From NCBI RefSeq assembly GCF_018350175.1, contig NC_058368.1:135596001-135660000 (forward strand): a DNA stretch of 64,000 bases. The letters run 5' to 3'. This document shows positions 1 through 45,283 of this stretch, piece by piece. The notes beneath the pieces are model-generated. The model was not told the origin of the DNA. It saw nothing but the letters and a program-made list of their open reading frames with translations, and did not search any database. Each line of letters starts with the position of its first letter. Positions within the stretch are counted from its first letter, which is position 1. The translations under genes and the position numbers were made by a program. Origin of the DNA: Felis catus (lineage: Eukaryota).

Positions 1-3000
1 TTCAAGGCAGACCGTTAACCTTCGCTCTGCCAGCCGGCCCACGGGAGACGTTTCTCTGGTCCGTGACAAACATTTCTGTTGGCTCTTTCTCCCTGCAACA
101 GTAGTTTAGTGACTACTTAACCTTTCTGGCGTCTCCCTGCGTAAGTTAGGGGAAGGTGTCACCATCTTCAGGCGAAGAAACCAAAGTACAAACGGATGAA
201 CTTCGATATTCAGGTTAACCCCGTACATCAAAAATGCAGCCCGGCATCTAGTTTTCTTTATCTTTCTGATTTTATTTTTTTATTATTAAATGAGAAATGT
301 GTGCTCATGGTAAATACAAAAAAAAAACAAAAAAAAAAAACAAAAAAAACAAACCCCACCTCAAACACTACAAAAATTTCTAGAATGAAAAGCGGAAATA
401 CCACCTTACCAGCCCCCCCCCATGTTCCCACTAACCTCCAGAGGTAAGTACAGTAACCACTTGCGAGTGTCTCCTTGATTTGTCTTAAGTTCTGAAGTAG
501 TGTCAGAGATGCATAGAATTCAGCCCAACGGTTTTGTTGGAATTGGTATTTAGTGTCTTCATTTTTAATGAGGTTCTGTTTTTTCCTTACTCCTTTTGAG
601 ATTTAAAGATTGTTTTGATAAATCCTTTGAAACTGTAGAAATAGCGTTGCTAACACACCTTTTTTTACTGAAAAGGAAAGAACACATAAAATGCTGGAAC
701 AGAACTTTAATCAATTGCATTTTTGTAGTATAAGTTTAATTTTCTAATCTCTTGTAAATAACAGCATCACATATTATTGACCGAACCATGACAGGGAAAT
801 GCAATAGGCTATTCTGGTCTGGATTTTCGTAGTAGAGGGAAAAAGTTGCTGTAAAGAACAGTAATAGGTCTGTTGACAAAATTAGACCATGGGTGATGAA
901 GTAGCATAAAAATGTTAAATTTTCTGAAGTTGAAAACTTTCCTGATTTTATAAGAAAATGTCCATGTTCTTAGGAAATCCAAATTTAGGGGTAAAAAATG
1001 TGTTGTAAGTAACTTATTCTTAAGTGGTTGAGGAAAAAAACGCATGTATTTAAAGAGAGAGAGATAATGCGAATGGGACAATTAACAATGAGGGAATCCA
1101 GGTAAAGGGTATATGATTCTTGCCACTTTTCTGTAAACTAGAAATTATTTTTATTAAATAGTTTCAAGCTATTATTTATTCAGGAGATTACTATGTTAAG
1201 TAGATGTAGTAAACAGTCTTTTGCTTAGCAGAACTGCTCTTGTAGTTCATCAGAAAAATTCAGCTCAGGAGTGATTGCATTTTTAATAGATTCCCAGTTG
1301 GAAGCATTTTCCTTTGTCTAGACTAATAATCCAATACTAGTTATAATCTGCAGCAGAAACTAGTTCACAAATCCTTTACTTGTGTGTATTTTTATGCCCA
1401 AATTCACAATTTAAAACAATTGTTTAAAATCCTTCTTTTCAGCTTCTGTAAGTACTCTTTGCAGGAAACAGGGTGACGGTCAACATTGTTGGACACCTGT
1501 GTCCGATGTGCTTTGAGTATAGCATCTAATTTAATCCTTAATACAGTGCTACAGACTACATAATAGTATTCTTGTTTCACAGATCAAGAAACTGATATAT
1601 AGAAAAAAGTTTATTGTCAGAAGTTAACAGAAAGAATAACTGAACTAGGAATCAGTTATCCTAAACCCCATGCCTTACATGCACTGATTTTGTTTTTTGT
1701 TTACTGGAGAACCATGAGCTGCTGCACTGGGCAAAGCCCAAGAAGCACATTTAGACCCAAACCCAAATTTCAGTAATTCCAGTTTAGAGAACCAGAGATT
1801 TTTGTAATCCTATGTATAAAAGACCAGTGATATGTTTGATGGAACTAGTTAATGGCAAATCATGATTTATAACTTGAGTAGGTCAAGTATGTCTCCCAGA
1901 GTTGCCCAGAAAGTAGCTCAAAGACCACTGCCCTTGTTGAAGAGCCTCCCTCTCCTCACCCCCACATCTTTCCTTAGTAAATAAAGCTGTTTCGGTGTTT
2001 CCCTGCACAATATGAACTACAGATACCTACTTATTAGTATAAGGTTATTTCGCCTTAGCTGGTGTTTCATCTGTAGGCCAGCAGGAAAACTTCATTGAGA
2101 CTTTAAAAATCAGAGTCCAGGGCAGCTGGGTGGCTTAGTCAGTTGAGCATCCAAGTCTTGATTTCTGTTGAGGTCATGATCTTACGGTTCATGGGTTCGA
2201 GCCCCGCATCGCACTCTGTGCTGACAGTGCAGAGCCTGCTCTCTCCTCTCTCTGCTCCTCCCCCGTGCTTGCACATGTGTTCTCTCTATCTCAAAGAAAT
2301 GCTCTCTCTCAAAATAAAATCAGAGAGTCCAACTTTTAACTAAATGTTAAAATAATTTTCCTAGTTTAATAATAGTAGCAAAAATCTTCAACATGTTAGA
2401 AAGTCATATAGCAATATCAAAATATGTGTACAATTTTAAATATGTCAATATATAATATATGCGTGTGTCTACGTGGAAGTGCAAAGGAAAAGGCTTGGAA
2501 GGATGACCAGTTGGTCACCTATGAGGAGGAAGTTAGGAACCATTTTACCTAAAATTTTAATAACAAGCAGCTTCTCAGGAATTACTTTATAGTCTCTGTA
2601 GTTTAAAAATTAAAAAGGGAATAAAGAAAATTAGTGTCATCATAATAGAGGGGTACCTGGGTAGCTCAGTTGGTTAAGCAGCTGACTCTTGATTTTGTCT
2701 CAGGTCATTATCTCTCTCTCTGTTGTGAGATCAAGCCCTGTACTTGAACCTGCTTAAGGTTCTCTCCTTACCGCCCCCCCCCTTTTGCCTCTCTCCCCCT
2801 CAAAAAAATTAATTTTTTTAAAAAAGATTATAATATGGGGCACCTGGGTGACTCAGTTGGTTACGAGTACAACTTAGGCTCAGGTCATGATCTAGCAGTC
2901 TGTGAGTTCTGCCCCTCTCCTGCTCGCACGCTCTCTCTCTCAAAAATACATAAACATTAAAAAATATAAGATAAATAAAAAATCATAATAGTAGTAAGTT

Positions 3001-3098
3001 ATCAAGAACTATTTTACTTAAATTAATATTCCTTCTGACTAAATCTTGTGTTTGAAGTACCAAACTTATTTATTTTAAAGTTTTATTAATACTTTAAA

Positions 3099-3311
3099 TT
3101 TTTTTTTTCAACGTTTATTTATTTTTGGGACAGAGAGAGACAGAGCATGAACGGGGGAGGGGCAGAGAGAGAGGGAGACACAGAATCAGAAACAGGCTCC
3201 AGGCTCTGAGCCATCAGCCCAGAGCCTGACGCGGGGCTCGAACTCACGGACCGCGAGATCGTGACCTGGCTGAAGTCGGACGCTTAACCGACTGCGCCAC
3301 CCAGGCGCCCC
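3099..3311 (-). mobile_element. Young Felis-type SINE with a 23-bp TSD
   Basis: CpG-intact; TAAAGTTTTATTAATACTTTAAA at 3076-3098 and 3312-3334. Confidence 0.92.
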
Positions 3312-3563
3312 TAAAGTTTTATTAATACTTTAAACAAAAGTAACTTAGAGGCTTCTGGGTGGCTCAGTCGGTTGAGCTTTGGCTCACGTCATGATCTCAC
3401 GGTTTATGAGTTTATGAGTTTGAACCTACCCAGGTGCCCCTCTATTATGATGACACTAATTTTCTTTATTCCTTTTTTAATTTTTAAACTACAGAGATTA
3501 TAAAAGTAATTCCTGCATTAGGGTCCTCTTTCCTCCTCTGTCTCTGCCCTTCCCCCACTCACA

Positions 3564-3599
<36 letters not shown>

Positions 3600-5846
3600 C
3601 TAAAAAATAAAAACATTTAGAAAAATAATAAAAATAACTTAGAAATAATTTCTCCTATTGCCCCATCTTGGCAGAACAATTTTATTAAAGATAACTTACC
3701 TTTTCCTTAATAACTTCTGGTCATTATGATCTGGTTAATTGAGCTTAAATTTAAATACATTTATTCGAAGGCTTAATCCTAGCATTAGTATTTTCCAAAT
3801 GCTGCTGTCTGCTTTGAAATACCCTTTCCTTTTTCTTCCACTGTAATTCCTACTTAGTCTTTAATACATAGTTACACATCTCAGACTCTGAAGACAGACC
3901 TTTGCTTCCAAAGTTAGAGTTAATTGCTTCTACATCTATTTTAAAAGTCCCATTACTTATTTGGGTCACATAAATACTTGTTTGCTTGCCTCACTTTCTT
4001 AGGCCTCAGACTCCTTGAGAGCATTGTCTCTATTAAGAGTCACAGATAGCACCTAGAAATATATTTAGTTGTAACTAACCAAACTAAGAGCTTTAAACAA
4101 ATAGGAATATATTCTTCTCACATAAAAGAAACCAGCGATTGCAGGTATTTGTTCAGAACCTCAGTGATACCATCTAGGACCCAGATTCTTTGCCTCTGCT
4201 TTCTGCCATCCTAAGTGTATCAGCTTTCATATTCAGGCTTGTTAGAAGATGGATAACACTTTTTAGATAATGTTAACATTCTGATAACATTTTTTAGATA
4301 AAGCTCCTCCCTTGAAGGCAGAAAGAAGACAGAAGCATTTCCAGCTGGATCTTGCCCTTTTATCAGGAAGAGGGAAGGCTATACTTGAAGCCACCCTGTC
4401 AGTCTTCCCTTAGATCTCATTGGCCACATATGGCATCTGGCATATAGTACGTGTGCAAACAAAATTTGAAGAATGGCTAACTAGCCCCGTGGAGAATGTA
4501 CAAGGCTCTTTGCTGACATTGAGAATTCCCACATTGGTGATTTTTAATGTATGTCTGTCTGGTTTTCCCGGTCTTTGTTTTTCCTCTCCCTATCTTGACA
4601 TTGTTGTTCTTTGTGTCCTTGCTTCTATCCTACTGCCTTATTATTACACCTAATTAAGAGCTTAAGGAGTAAAGCCCTTGAGGTTTCTAGTGTCCCTCTC
4701 TACTTGATTTCATTCTTTTCTTTCATTCTGAGTCCATGCCTGGGTTGCTGATAGTTCAGATTGCCACAAGCTTGGACTACCACTTAAGGTACTCTGTTTT
4801 TGCACTCTATATGTTACTGTATGAGATGGTACTGTAACGCATAAGGGTAGCTGTAGAGTTCGCATTCTTTCATTTGGCGAACATTTGCTGACCACATATA
4901 ATGACGGTCCCTGGGTTTTGAACTAATAAACAGTGGATTTCTAGCCCAACTTTTATTTTCATTGGTTAGTTTTGAATTGCTACCCTGACCAGAATATTTA
5001 CTTAGCATTCATATAGTTAATATGTTCACTGTACTAAAGTCTATATGACTTTTTTTCTCCAGCTTAAATGGGCCAAAATATAAATTAATCCTAGGTTTTA
5101 ATGTGCATTTTGTCTTTCATATTTAAAGATGATTTTGGGGCTCCTGGGTGGCTCAGTTGGTTAAGCGTCTGACTTGGACTCAGGTCATGATCTTGCAGTC
5201 CATGGGTTCGAGCCTTTTGTAGGGCTCTATGCTGACAGCTCAGAGCCTGGAGCCTGCTTGGATTCTGTCTCTCTCTCTGCCCCTCCCCCACTAACACTCT
5301 GTCTTTCTCTCTCTAAAAAATAATTTTAAAAAAATTTTTTAATAAAGGTGACTTTACTATTCGTGTAGGCCACTACAAATGTATAATTTAAAGATGATTT
5401 TACTGTTTGTGTGAGCCACTATAAATGTGTAATAATTACAATGTGTAATAAATTATTATGAATGTGTAATGTGTAATTGAGATGGGAACCCTCAAAGCCT
5501 TTGGATGAACTTTGATTTTGTGTGTGACTTATTAAAAAGAGCATACTTGGGCACCTGGCCAGCTCAGTCAGTAGAGCATGTGACTGTTGATCTCCAGATC
5601 GTGAGTTCAAGCCTCACGTTGGGCATGGAGCCTACTTAAAAAATAAAGGGGTACCTGGGTGTCTCAGTCAGTTAAGTAACAGACTGTTGATTTCGGCTCA
5701 GGTCATGATCTCATGGTTCATGGGATTGAGCCCCCTGTCAGTCTCTCAGCTGATATCATGAAGCCTGCTTGGAATTCTCTTTCTCCCTCTCTGTCTGCCC
5801 CTCCCTCACTTGTGCGCTCTCTCATTCAAAATAAATTTTTAAAAAA

Positions 5847-5878
<32 letters not shown>

Positions 5879-6260
5879 AGCGAGCATACTTAAGGGACAG
5901 GGGCTTGACCCTAGCTAACTTTGTGGGCTTTAATTTCCCAATCTGTGACAGGAGAGGAATTGAACTAGAGAATTTCTAAGGTGTTAGTGTTCAGTTTTTT
6001 CTAGCACAATGTGCATTTACTTTCATACTTGTACAATTGCTAGACATTTGGTAGATTTCTTTTGTTGTACTGTGTGCTTTTAGCCAGTCTACAGACAGTC
6101 CAAAAACAAAACACACTTGGGGTGCCTGGGTGTCTCAGTCAGTTGAGCTTCCGACTCTTGATTTCGGCTCAGGTCATGATCCCAAGGTCGTGGGGTCAAG
6201 CCCCACCTGGGGCTCCACACTCCGAGTGGAGCCTGAGTAAGATTTTCCCTCCCTTCATGC

Positions 6261-6292
<32 letters not shown>

Positions 6293-8911
6293 TTCTCTCT
6301 TTCTCTTTCTCTCTTTCTCTTTCTCTCTTTCTCCTTCTTTCTCCTGTCCCTCTCCCCTGCTTGTGTGCATGTGCTCTCTCATGCTCTCGCTCTTTCTCTC
6401 TCTCTCTCTCTTTCTCTCTCTCATAAATAAATAAATAAATAAATAGATAGATAGATAAATCACTTTATTTTAAAGGTGTAAGTTTGCATTTTTCACAAAT
6501 GTGTAAACTTATGTAACTTCCATCATAATCAAGTTATAGGACATTTTTTATTATCCCAGAAAATCTGATTTATCTTTTTTTTTTAAATGTTTATTTTTGA
6601 GAGAAACAAACACAGCATGAGTGGGGGCGGATCAGAGAGAGGGGACACAGAATCTGAAGCAGGCTACAGGCTGTGAGCTGTCAGCACAGAGTCTAATGTG
6701 GGGCTCAAACTCACAAACTGTGAGATCGTGACCTGAGCAGAAGTCAGACGCTGAACCAACTAAGCTACCCATCGCCCCCTGATTGATCTTTCAAACAGAA
6801 ATTTTAAGAAAGTTTATGCTGATCAACAAATGGGTTAAATGGGAACTTCTTTAGAATGCTTTAGGATGTGACTTACAAGATTCGACAATAACATTTTTAT
6901 TAGCTTTTGGGAGATTAATTTTCACATAGTTAAAATCCCCAGTTTGCACTATAAAAGGCCCCCCAGATTATGTTCATGATAAGAAAAACCACTTTGCTTC
7001 AAATCTTTTTTTCTTTTTTTAAATTTAGTATGATACTATCTGGACTAAAACAGAAAATGAGCCATCTTGGCTGGTGAAGATGCTGAGATTCATTCTTTCA
7101 AGGACTAAAATTTATTTTAATAAATAAAAAAATCTTCCTAAAATCTATATTTTCATGCCTTCTTAATCAGATTACTGTTTGTTTAGTGTAGTTTAGCTCT
7201 TTCATGTTAATTCACTGCCATGGCACTTGATTATTCACATTCATCAAGTTTTATACTGTCCTATATACATTGATATCCCCACTGATGTCAGATTATTTTA
7301 ACTCTGAGTGACTTAGGTTTCTTTTAAAATTCTGTTTGCTTTTTGAATGTTTTCTCCCATTGGTAGAGACTTCTCACCTCTGCCAGTGTGCTGGCCTTGG
7401 ACATCCCTTACACCTACTTTTTAATGTACTAACACCTGTTTGATGTAAACTTAAAAAGTGGTCTCCTGAGTATTACTTACACAAGATCTCCTATTAGGGT
7501 GAAGGAAAAAATATTAAATTTCTCAACTTTTTATTTCTTTTTTATTTCTAATTTGTGTATGTTTTATAATGTTCATTATTACAGTATTCACGGTTCAATA
7601 TTACACGGTTACAATGTACACACAGATAATAGGTTTCATTCAAAGAATAATGGTTTTATTCTAAGAAAACTACTAGGCTAGAAAACTGAAGTAATTTCTT
7701 CCCTAATTTTAGTTTCTTTTTCAAGAGCTCCTTTTTTCTTTCTTTTTATGGCAGACTAATTTTTTCATGCGTGCAATATCCTTTCTTATATCTCAGAGAA
7801 TATTATTTATTATTCTTTGTTGTTTTCTGCTATTACCTGTAATATCTTTGTTAAATTTGTTGTTTCTGTTTGTTAGGCCTTTCATAAGCTTATCTTAAAG
7901 GATTGATTATCTATGTTTGCTATTCATATTTGAGTGAGGGCTAAAAAGCTAATTAGAATGAATACCTGTGTGAGGCGTAACCCTAGTGGATCCCTAGAAG
8001 GGTTCTGCTGGGAGATTGCAGCCCAGCCGTTAGGATATTGGAGGTAGAAGAGGAAAGGGAAGTGGGGTGGTGTTAAGAAACTTCCTTTAATTTCCATGGT
8101 TTTATTCTAGCACTTCATGCCTCCTCTCTTTGCCTTTTGTCTAGACGTCTCCAGAAGCTAAGCCTCATCTGTCCTGTCATGATTGAGGAGAGGTAGTTGC
8201 CTGGCTCTGCTGGGTGAGAATGTGGGGATCTAACTACTTGGAAGACTTCTTGATGCTTCTCTTTTTAACTCCCCAGGCCTTTCTCAGGTGCTTCAGATTC
8301 CTGAGCCTTTACAAGACTCTGTAGGGCAGGTTGTTTGACTTTTCAACCATGACTTTCACTGCAGCCACATAGCAAAGCAGAGGAGGGGTAAAATCTAAGG
8401 CATTTACCATTCCTCTGTTTCTTCCTACAGTGTGCTCTTCTAGTTTCATTGCAGGTAGAGTTTGGTGTCTGTTTTTCAACAGACTGTACACACACATACA
8501 CCCATATACATAGACACGTGGTCTATACATTGAAAAGAATCTGGGGGCACCTGAGCAGCTCAGTTCGTTAAGAGACCATCTCTTGATTTCTGCACAGGTC
8601 AGGATCTCACAGTTCATGGGGTCGAGCCCTGAGTCAGGCTCCACACTGAGAGCACAGAGCCCGCTTGGAATTCTCTCCCTCTTTCTCTGCCCCTCCCTCC
8701 TCCCTCTATCAAAATAAATAAATAAACATTAAAAAAACATAATCTGCAAGTATATATACCAAAATATTAATAGTAGTTATGTAGATGGTGAGTTGTTTGG
8801 GCTTTTGTTTGATGTTTTTAATGAATATCTGAGGTTTTTATAATGATCCCAATACTTGTATAATAAGAAAAGAACAGATGACGGAGTTCCTTGTGATTTT
8901 AATGATACTGA

Positions 8912-40169
<31,258 letters not shown>

Positions 40170-41745
40170 GCTAACTCAAGGATTACCTCTGGAATATGGA
40201 AAATGAAGATGAAATTGCTCGGTATTTATAATATTGCCAGAAGGAAGAAAATTGCACATAATTGTACAGAAACATTTTGCTGTATTTGAGACAAATTCTA
40301 AAGTTCCCTACTATTGGATCAAGGAATCTTTCATAAAGGAAATTTAAATACAGAATGAAGCATTAATTGTACAAGTAAAATAATTACTTGAATTACGTGT
40401 ATAATGAGAATCTTAAAATTTGAACATGTGTCACATCATCTTCGAAAATGAACATATAATGATGGATTCTGGTGAAGACCAAAATTACTTCTGTGTGTTT
40501 ACTTTCTGTCATAAAATGTCTCCATTGTAAATAATGTATTTACATGTTTATTACAAAGACCCAAATGAAAAATTTTTAGTCAATTTTTTGCATAGCCCTA
40601 GGATAAAATAGGAATAAAAGTTCTATATTTATGGATTTTCTGTATATAAAACTGGTTTCTAATTATAACTTAAATCCATTACGTAAAAGCTGTATTGCCA
40701 CTTTAAATGTAAACTAAATTATTTAGGAGAAACCAACCACTGAAATGAGACAAGCTGAAATGAGAATAGGGAATTAAAACATTATTGATGTATTGAAAAC
40801 CAACCACTCTGTAAAATAAATTTTTTTTACTTTTGGTAATATTTGCAAATGAATAATTACTTTATTAGGGTAAAGAATTTTACCAAGTTGTGTGCATATT
40901 ATTCGATCACTTGTCTTCTTCCTCTGTAGTAGAATGTTCCATTTCTTGTAATGCATCTGCCATTCCAAGTTGCTTATCAAGCTGGTATCCATGCAGTGCT
41001 AGGGTTTTCATCTATTCAGTTAGCTCCATATTTTGTGGAATAGCCAGTTGAGAGAATCATAGATAATTGTCAATTCATGTTTGAATTTTCTGCCTTTAGA
41101 CTAACGTAATTTTTTTTTTAAGTTCTGGAACATGTAGATCTATAAGAAATATCAAAGAAAAGGTAGTTATTTTAAAGTTTAGTAGGTAAATCTTGTCCAT
41201 AAGTATTTGGGCACCATGACATCAAAATACTTACCCTGTAACTATTTTCTATAGCAATATCTAATTTATATTTTTTCATTTCCAGTTTAAAATGAATTTA
41301 TAGTCTGAAAAGACTGTATGATAAATATATTATAATATATGCCGTTTTATGAACACCAAAGAATGTTGTTCAAAAGACACTTTTGAATACCTATTTATAA
41401 ACAGGTGAATATTTTCATTCTTATAATAGGAATTTTGATAAGTAGGATGAATTAATTTTAGTATGGTTACTATTTTCTTATCTATACCATAATGGCAAAC
41501 ATGTATTGTAAATCATATTTTTATCTTACCAATTTTAATATGTGAGAGGTTTTAGAAATTTGTTATAAGTTATTTTGATATTCTTTGTCTTATCTTTACA
41601 CATTTTCTGGTCCAGAATCTTCAATACATATTAAAATTTTTGAGTGGTGGGAAAATAATCGCATATCGATGTTTTAATGCAATTTTGGTTTGTTAAAAAA
41701 ATTTTTAAATAGATAGGTACAATAAATATTGCACCATTATCAAAA
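40170..41745 (+). other. SLC30A5: SLC30A5 AT-rich 3'UTR with candidate poly(A) signals AATAAA at 40613-40618 and 41721-41726
   Basis: Repeat-free AT-rich stretch after the stop codon. TGTAHATA Pumilio-type motifs at 40526 and 40641. The 3' end is inferred. Confidence 0.6.
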
Positions 41746-44059
41746 TTGTCATTTCCCTTTGGAGGCATATAAACAGCAGGAAAGTTAAATTACTGTGATG
41801 AGAGATAAGGTGAGAGAGAGGGCAGGGGCTGAAGGTTAAGGGATTGCAGATGGAAAGTAGCACCAGTGTTAAGAACACCAGGGTCCTAGGTCTAGCTCAT
41901 ACAAAACCATGTGATTTGAGGTAAATTAGCTTCTCTCAGTATCTTTTTTTTCCTTATACGTAAAGTCAGAATAAAATTTCAAAATCGTAGGGTTATGAGG
42001 AGCAAAAGGAATAATGTATGAACAAATTATGTAAGGAAAAAATTTTCTTAATGAATTGAAAGTTGAAAAGGGCTAAATAAAGTTGAGGTTTTCTTACTAT
42101 TTTAAATCTGCCTTTAAAGGTAGCTTTCAATTTGTCTGTTTTTTTCTATTAAAATCACCATCCCAAGAGATTAACTACATGTTAAATGTATGAATAAGTT
42201 CAAAATAATACTCCAAACGGTAGCCTGTAACAGTTCATTTGCACCAAGAAGAATGGTTATGGTTGTTTACCACACCTACTAATTTTTTTCCCCTTCCCTT
42301 TATTCCAAGCATTGTTTTTCCCTTATTACCAACTTGGGAGCTCATGATTTTCACTTAGAATTAACTTTACATCTGTTATAGTATAGATTTATTGTTCCTT
42401 TTACATAATAATTGATAAAACTTTTGGGGCGCCTGGGTGGCATCCGACTTCAGCTCGGGTCATGATCTCGTCGTATGAGAGTTCAAGCCCTGCGTCAGGC
42501 TCTCTGCTTTAAGCACAGGGCCCGCTTGAGATTCTCTGTCTCCTTATCTCCCTGCTCACTCTCTTGTTTCTTAAAAATAAAAATAAAACATTTAAAAAAA
42601 TAATTTAAAAAATTAACAAACTTTACATTTTTCTAATCATAATAGAATAATGAAGCTCTATATATAATTAAATATCTGTAACATAGGATTCGTTTTACTT
42701 TAAATTTAGATTATCATTCTCCCCTAAAATTTTAATGCAGAGACGTTTGTTTTTACTAGTTAATGGTCACATTGTTCAGAATTAAAGAGTGAATGGCAAA
42801 AAGCTTCACACCTGTCACTCAGATACACAGCTCTCCCTCCTCTCTAGAAATTACCACACTTGGGGCACCTGGGTGACACAGTTGGTTAAGTGTCTGACTC
42901 TTGGTTTTGGCTCAGGTCGTGATCTCACAGTTCATGAGTTCAAGCCCTGCGCTGGGATCTGTGCTGACAGCCCAGAGATGCAGAGCCTGCTTAGGATTCT
43001 GTCTCCCTCCTTGTCTTCCCCTCCCTGGCTGGCTTGCTCTCTTGCTCTCTCAAAAATACATAAATATTAAAAAAAAAAAAAAAAAAGAAACAAATTACCA
43101 CTTTTCAGTTTCTAGTATATCCTTCCAAATACCTTATGAATGTGCAAATATATGTATGTATTATTTTTCCCTTAGAAATTATTCCATACTTGAAACATTA
43201 AGTAGCATCCCCACTTTTTTCCTCAGCTGTGTAGCAACCCTGTGATTTAGCAACCCTGCATTTTTTTAGATTGGTTCAAATGTTTTGCTATTACAGACTG
43301 CTGATATGAGTAGCTTTGCATGAATATTGTGCATATGAGCAAGTAAATATGTAGAATGTATTCCAACATGCAGGAGTTCAAGGTCAAAGGGTTTAGAGCT
43401 TATATAAATGTGAAAAATATTACTAAATTGTACTCATAGAGATTGCAACAGCTTACCCTTCCATCAGCAATGTTAGAGGTCTTAAAATATTTTAAGACCA
43501 GGGGTGCCTGGCTGGCTCAGTTTGTAGGGCGTGTGACTCTTGATCTCAGGGTGGTGAATTTGAGCCCCATGTTGGGCATAGATATTATAAGTAAACAAAC
43601 AAATAAATAAATAAATCTCACCTAATAAGAATTCTAACAGTTAAAAAAAAGAATTTTAAGACAATAAAATTCTTAAAAATTTAAGAATTTGGGGGCAAAC
43701 ATTTCTTATAGCCCTAATTCATGTGCAAGTTAAATATGCAGAGATTATATATAGATGCTAAACTGAATTCGATTATAAAACCATTAGTGTTCATTTTTCA
43801 GAGTGACCTTTCAGAAGGAAAATTTTCTAGTAAATAATGTATAATAAAATTAAAATGGTAAAGTTGTATTTTTTTAATCAAATTTATTCTATGACTTACT
43901 TGTTCCTTGTATCCACAGTACCGTTTCTGAGACGGATAATACTATATTGTCTGCATATCCAAATACAGTGTTCTGTTACATGTTTTTCTTTTCTGATATA
44001 TTTGTTGAGGTACACTTAGGTACACAATGAAATACACAGTGCTCAGTTCAGTGAGCTCA

Positions 44060-44440
44060 CTCCAGGCAAGTGGGAGGGAACATGAAACATGCAGCCGCTT
44101 TGGAGAACTGTTTGCCAATTTCTTTTAAAGTTAAACATATATCTCCCCTGTGACCCAGCAATTCTGTTCCTGGGTATTTACCCAATTTACCCGAGAAATG
44201 GAAAGGTGTGTCCACAAAAAGACTTGTATAAGAATGTACCTAGTCATGATATCCAAATACCAGAAACAACCCAAATAGCCGTCAACAAGATGGATAAATA
44301 AACTGAGGCATATTCATAGTAGAACAGTACTGAGCAGTTAAAAAAAATTACTGTTCTAAAAATGTAGGTAAAGATCAAAAACATTATGTCAAGTGAAAGA
44401 AGCCAGATTCAAAAGAGTTCTTACTTTATGATTACCTGTA
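44060..44440 (+). mobile_element. Ancient L1M 3' fragment
   Basis: Degenerate ORF2 C-terminus QPLWRTV...LNIYLPCDPAILFLGIYP. Confidence 0.7.
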
Positions 44441-44449
44441 TATGAAATC

Positions 44450-45283
44450 CAAGAGCATCTGGGAGAATCTATTTCCTTGCTCATTCAGATTGTTGACTGA
44501 ATTCAGTGCTTGTAGTTGTAGGACTGAGGTCCCTGTTTCTTTGTTGGTATCGCAGCTTCTAGAGGCCACCTGCATTCCTTGGCTTCCTCCACCTCCAAAC
44601 CCAGTACCATGGGTCATATGCTCCTCACCTCAAATCTCTCGTTTCCTCTCCTACTGTTGTATCTTTCTCTGACCTATTTTTCTGCCTTTCTCTTCTACTT
44701 CTTTTTTTTTTTTTTCAAAACATTTATTTATTTTTGGGACAGAGAGAGACAGAGCATGAACGGGGGAGGGGCAGAGAGAGAGGGAGACACAGAATCGGAA
44801 ACAGGCTCCAGGCTCTGAGCCATCAGCCCAGAGCCCGACGTGGGGCTCGAACTCACGGACCGCGAGATCGTGACCTGGCTGAAGTCGGACGCTTAACCGA
44901 CTGCGCCACCCAGGCGCCCCCTTTCTCTTCTACTTCTAAGGACTCATGTGGTTACACCAGGCCCATCCATGAAACATATTCAAAGGTATGTTCATATTCT
45001 CAGGTTGTAGGCATTAGGGCAAGGAAGTTTCTTTAATTTTTTATTTATTTATTTTTTGAGAGAGAGCAAGGGAGCATGAGCAAAGGAGGGGCAGAGGAAA
45101 AGGGAGAGAGAGAATCTTAAGCAGGCTCCATGCCCAGCACAGAGCCCAGCGCCAGGCTGGATCTCACAACCATGAGATCCTGACCTGAGCTGAAACCAAG
45201 AGTCAGACACTTAACCAACTGAGCCACTCAGGTGCCCCAGCAAGGACATCTTAAAGGGGAGTGGCTCATTCTGCCTACCACAT
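44450..45283. mobile_element. MaLR (MLT1-like) LTR remnant, interrupted by two SINEs
   Basis: gaattcagtgcttgtagttgtaggactgaggtccc...attctgcctaccaca terminus. Confidence 0.55.
44703..44920 (-). mobile_element. Young Felis-type SINE inside an MLT1-like LTR
   Basis: TSD CTTTCTCTTCTACTTCT at 44686-44702 and 44921-44937. Confidence 0.92.

Noticed and set aside
1..250. Possible SLC30A5 exon 1
   Set aside because: No MEEKY-type start or matching donor; this appears to be the CpG-island edge in intron 1.
430..450. CTAAC...CCAGAG|GTAAGT resembling a recursive splice site or cryptic donor
   Set aside because: The AG abutting the donor is in a GAG context with no pyrimidine tract, no matching exon was identified, and it looks like an old L1 relic.
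4252..4301. Short direct repeat GATAACAYTTTTTAGATAA x2
   Set aside because: Small slippage duplication in old repeat-like DNA with no further structure.
5548..5645. tRNA-like sequences with A and B boxes (also 10516, 13734, 43501, 48792)
   Set aside because: Short tRNA-derived SINE heads with A tails, not tRNA genes.
6062..6463. ORFs rich in SL/ER repeats here and at many other SINEs
   Set aside because: Translations of SINE (CT)n/(AG)n tracts.
7840..8480. Faint similarity between this stretch and 50130-50800
   Set aside because: Most likely two relics of the same ancient L1M-type family rather than a local duplication; I cannot align them reliably by eye.
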